Positions 35,029 to 35,029 of a DNA stretch of 35,029 bases are shown here, in pieces. Position 1 is the first letter of the stretch, and each line of letters starts with the position of its first letter. This DNA comes from a virus (taxonomy: Duplodnaviria; Caudoviricetes): positions 1-35,029 of IMG/VR virus record IMGVR_UViG_3300012667_000474. One strand, given 5' to 3'. Made by a program: the position numbers and the translations under genes. The notes beneath the pieces are model-generated. The model made no database searches and was not told where the DNA came from. It worked only from the letters and a program-made list of their open reading frames with translations.

Positions 35029-35029
35029 C

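Noticed and set aside
15117-35029. Gene transfer agent or integrated prophage
   Set aside because: It has its own polymerase, primase and helicase and lambda-type packaging genes. No integrase, att site or host genes are seen, though lifestyle cannot be settled from a partial genome.
1-35029. tRNA, rRNA, introns or inteins
   Set aside because: Coding density is near complete, no cloverleaf was recognised in the short gaps, and polymerase, helicase and terminase motifs are uninterrupted. Checked by eye only.

Overview
The window is most of a GC-rich tailed dsDNA phage genome, siphovirus-like with lambda-type terminase and portal. The host is probably an alphaproteobacterium, judged from the GapR/DUF2312 homolog. 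Three blocks are visible. (1) A leftward replication/DNA-modification arm (487-8215): PrimPol-SF3 helicase, C5-cytosine methyltransferase, TetR-like HTH, PP-loop/PAPS-reductase-like enzyme, VRR-NUC nuclease, amino-methyltransferase, HD hydrolase and SF2 helicase. (2) A rightward arm from a divergent promoter region (8293-15130): Cas4-like DUF2800 nuclease, GapR, MazG-like protein, Acb2/Tad1-like sponge, SSB, family-B DNA polymerase and dNMP kinase. (3) A leftward morphogenesis/lysis arm (15117-35029). No integrase, tRNA or CRISPR array was seen. The most striking element is the cytosine methyltransferase locus, which is dual-coded. One frame carries the catalytic motifs in an apparently permuted order and lacks motif IX. 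The overlapping frame carries motif IX plus four tandem W(P/N)TP modules that look like swappable target-recognition cassettes. Other notable signals are a -1 frameshift in the tail chaperone, an internal start in the protease-capsid fusion, lysis genes between terS and terL, a second fibre/chaperone module, and a 20-aa repeat protein. All family calls come from motif recognition by eye, with no database searches.
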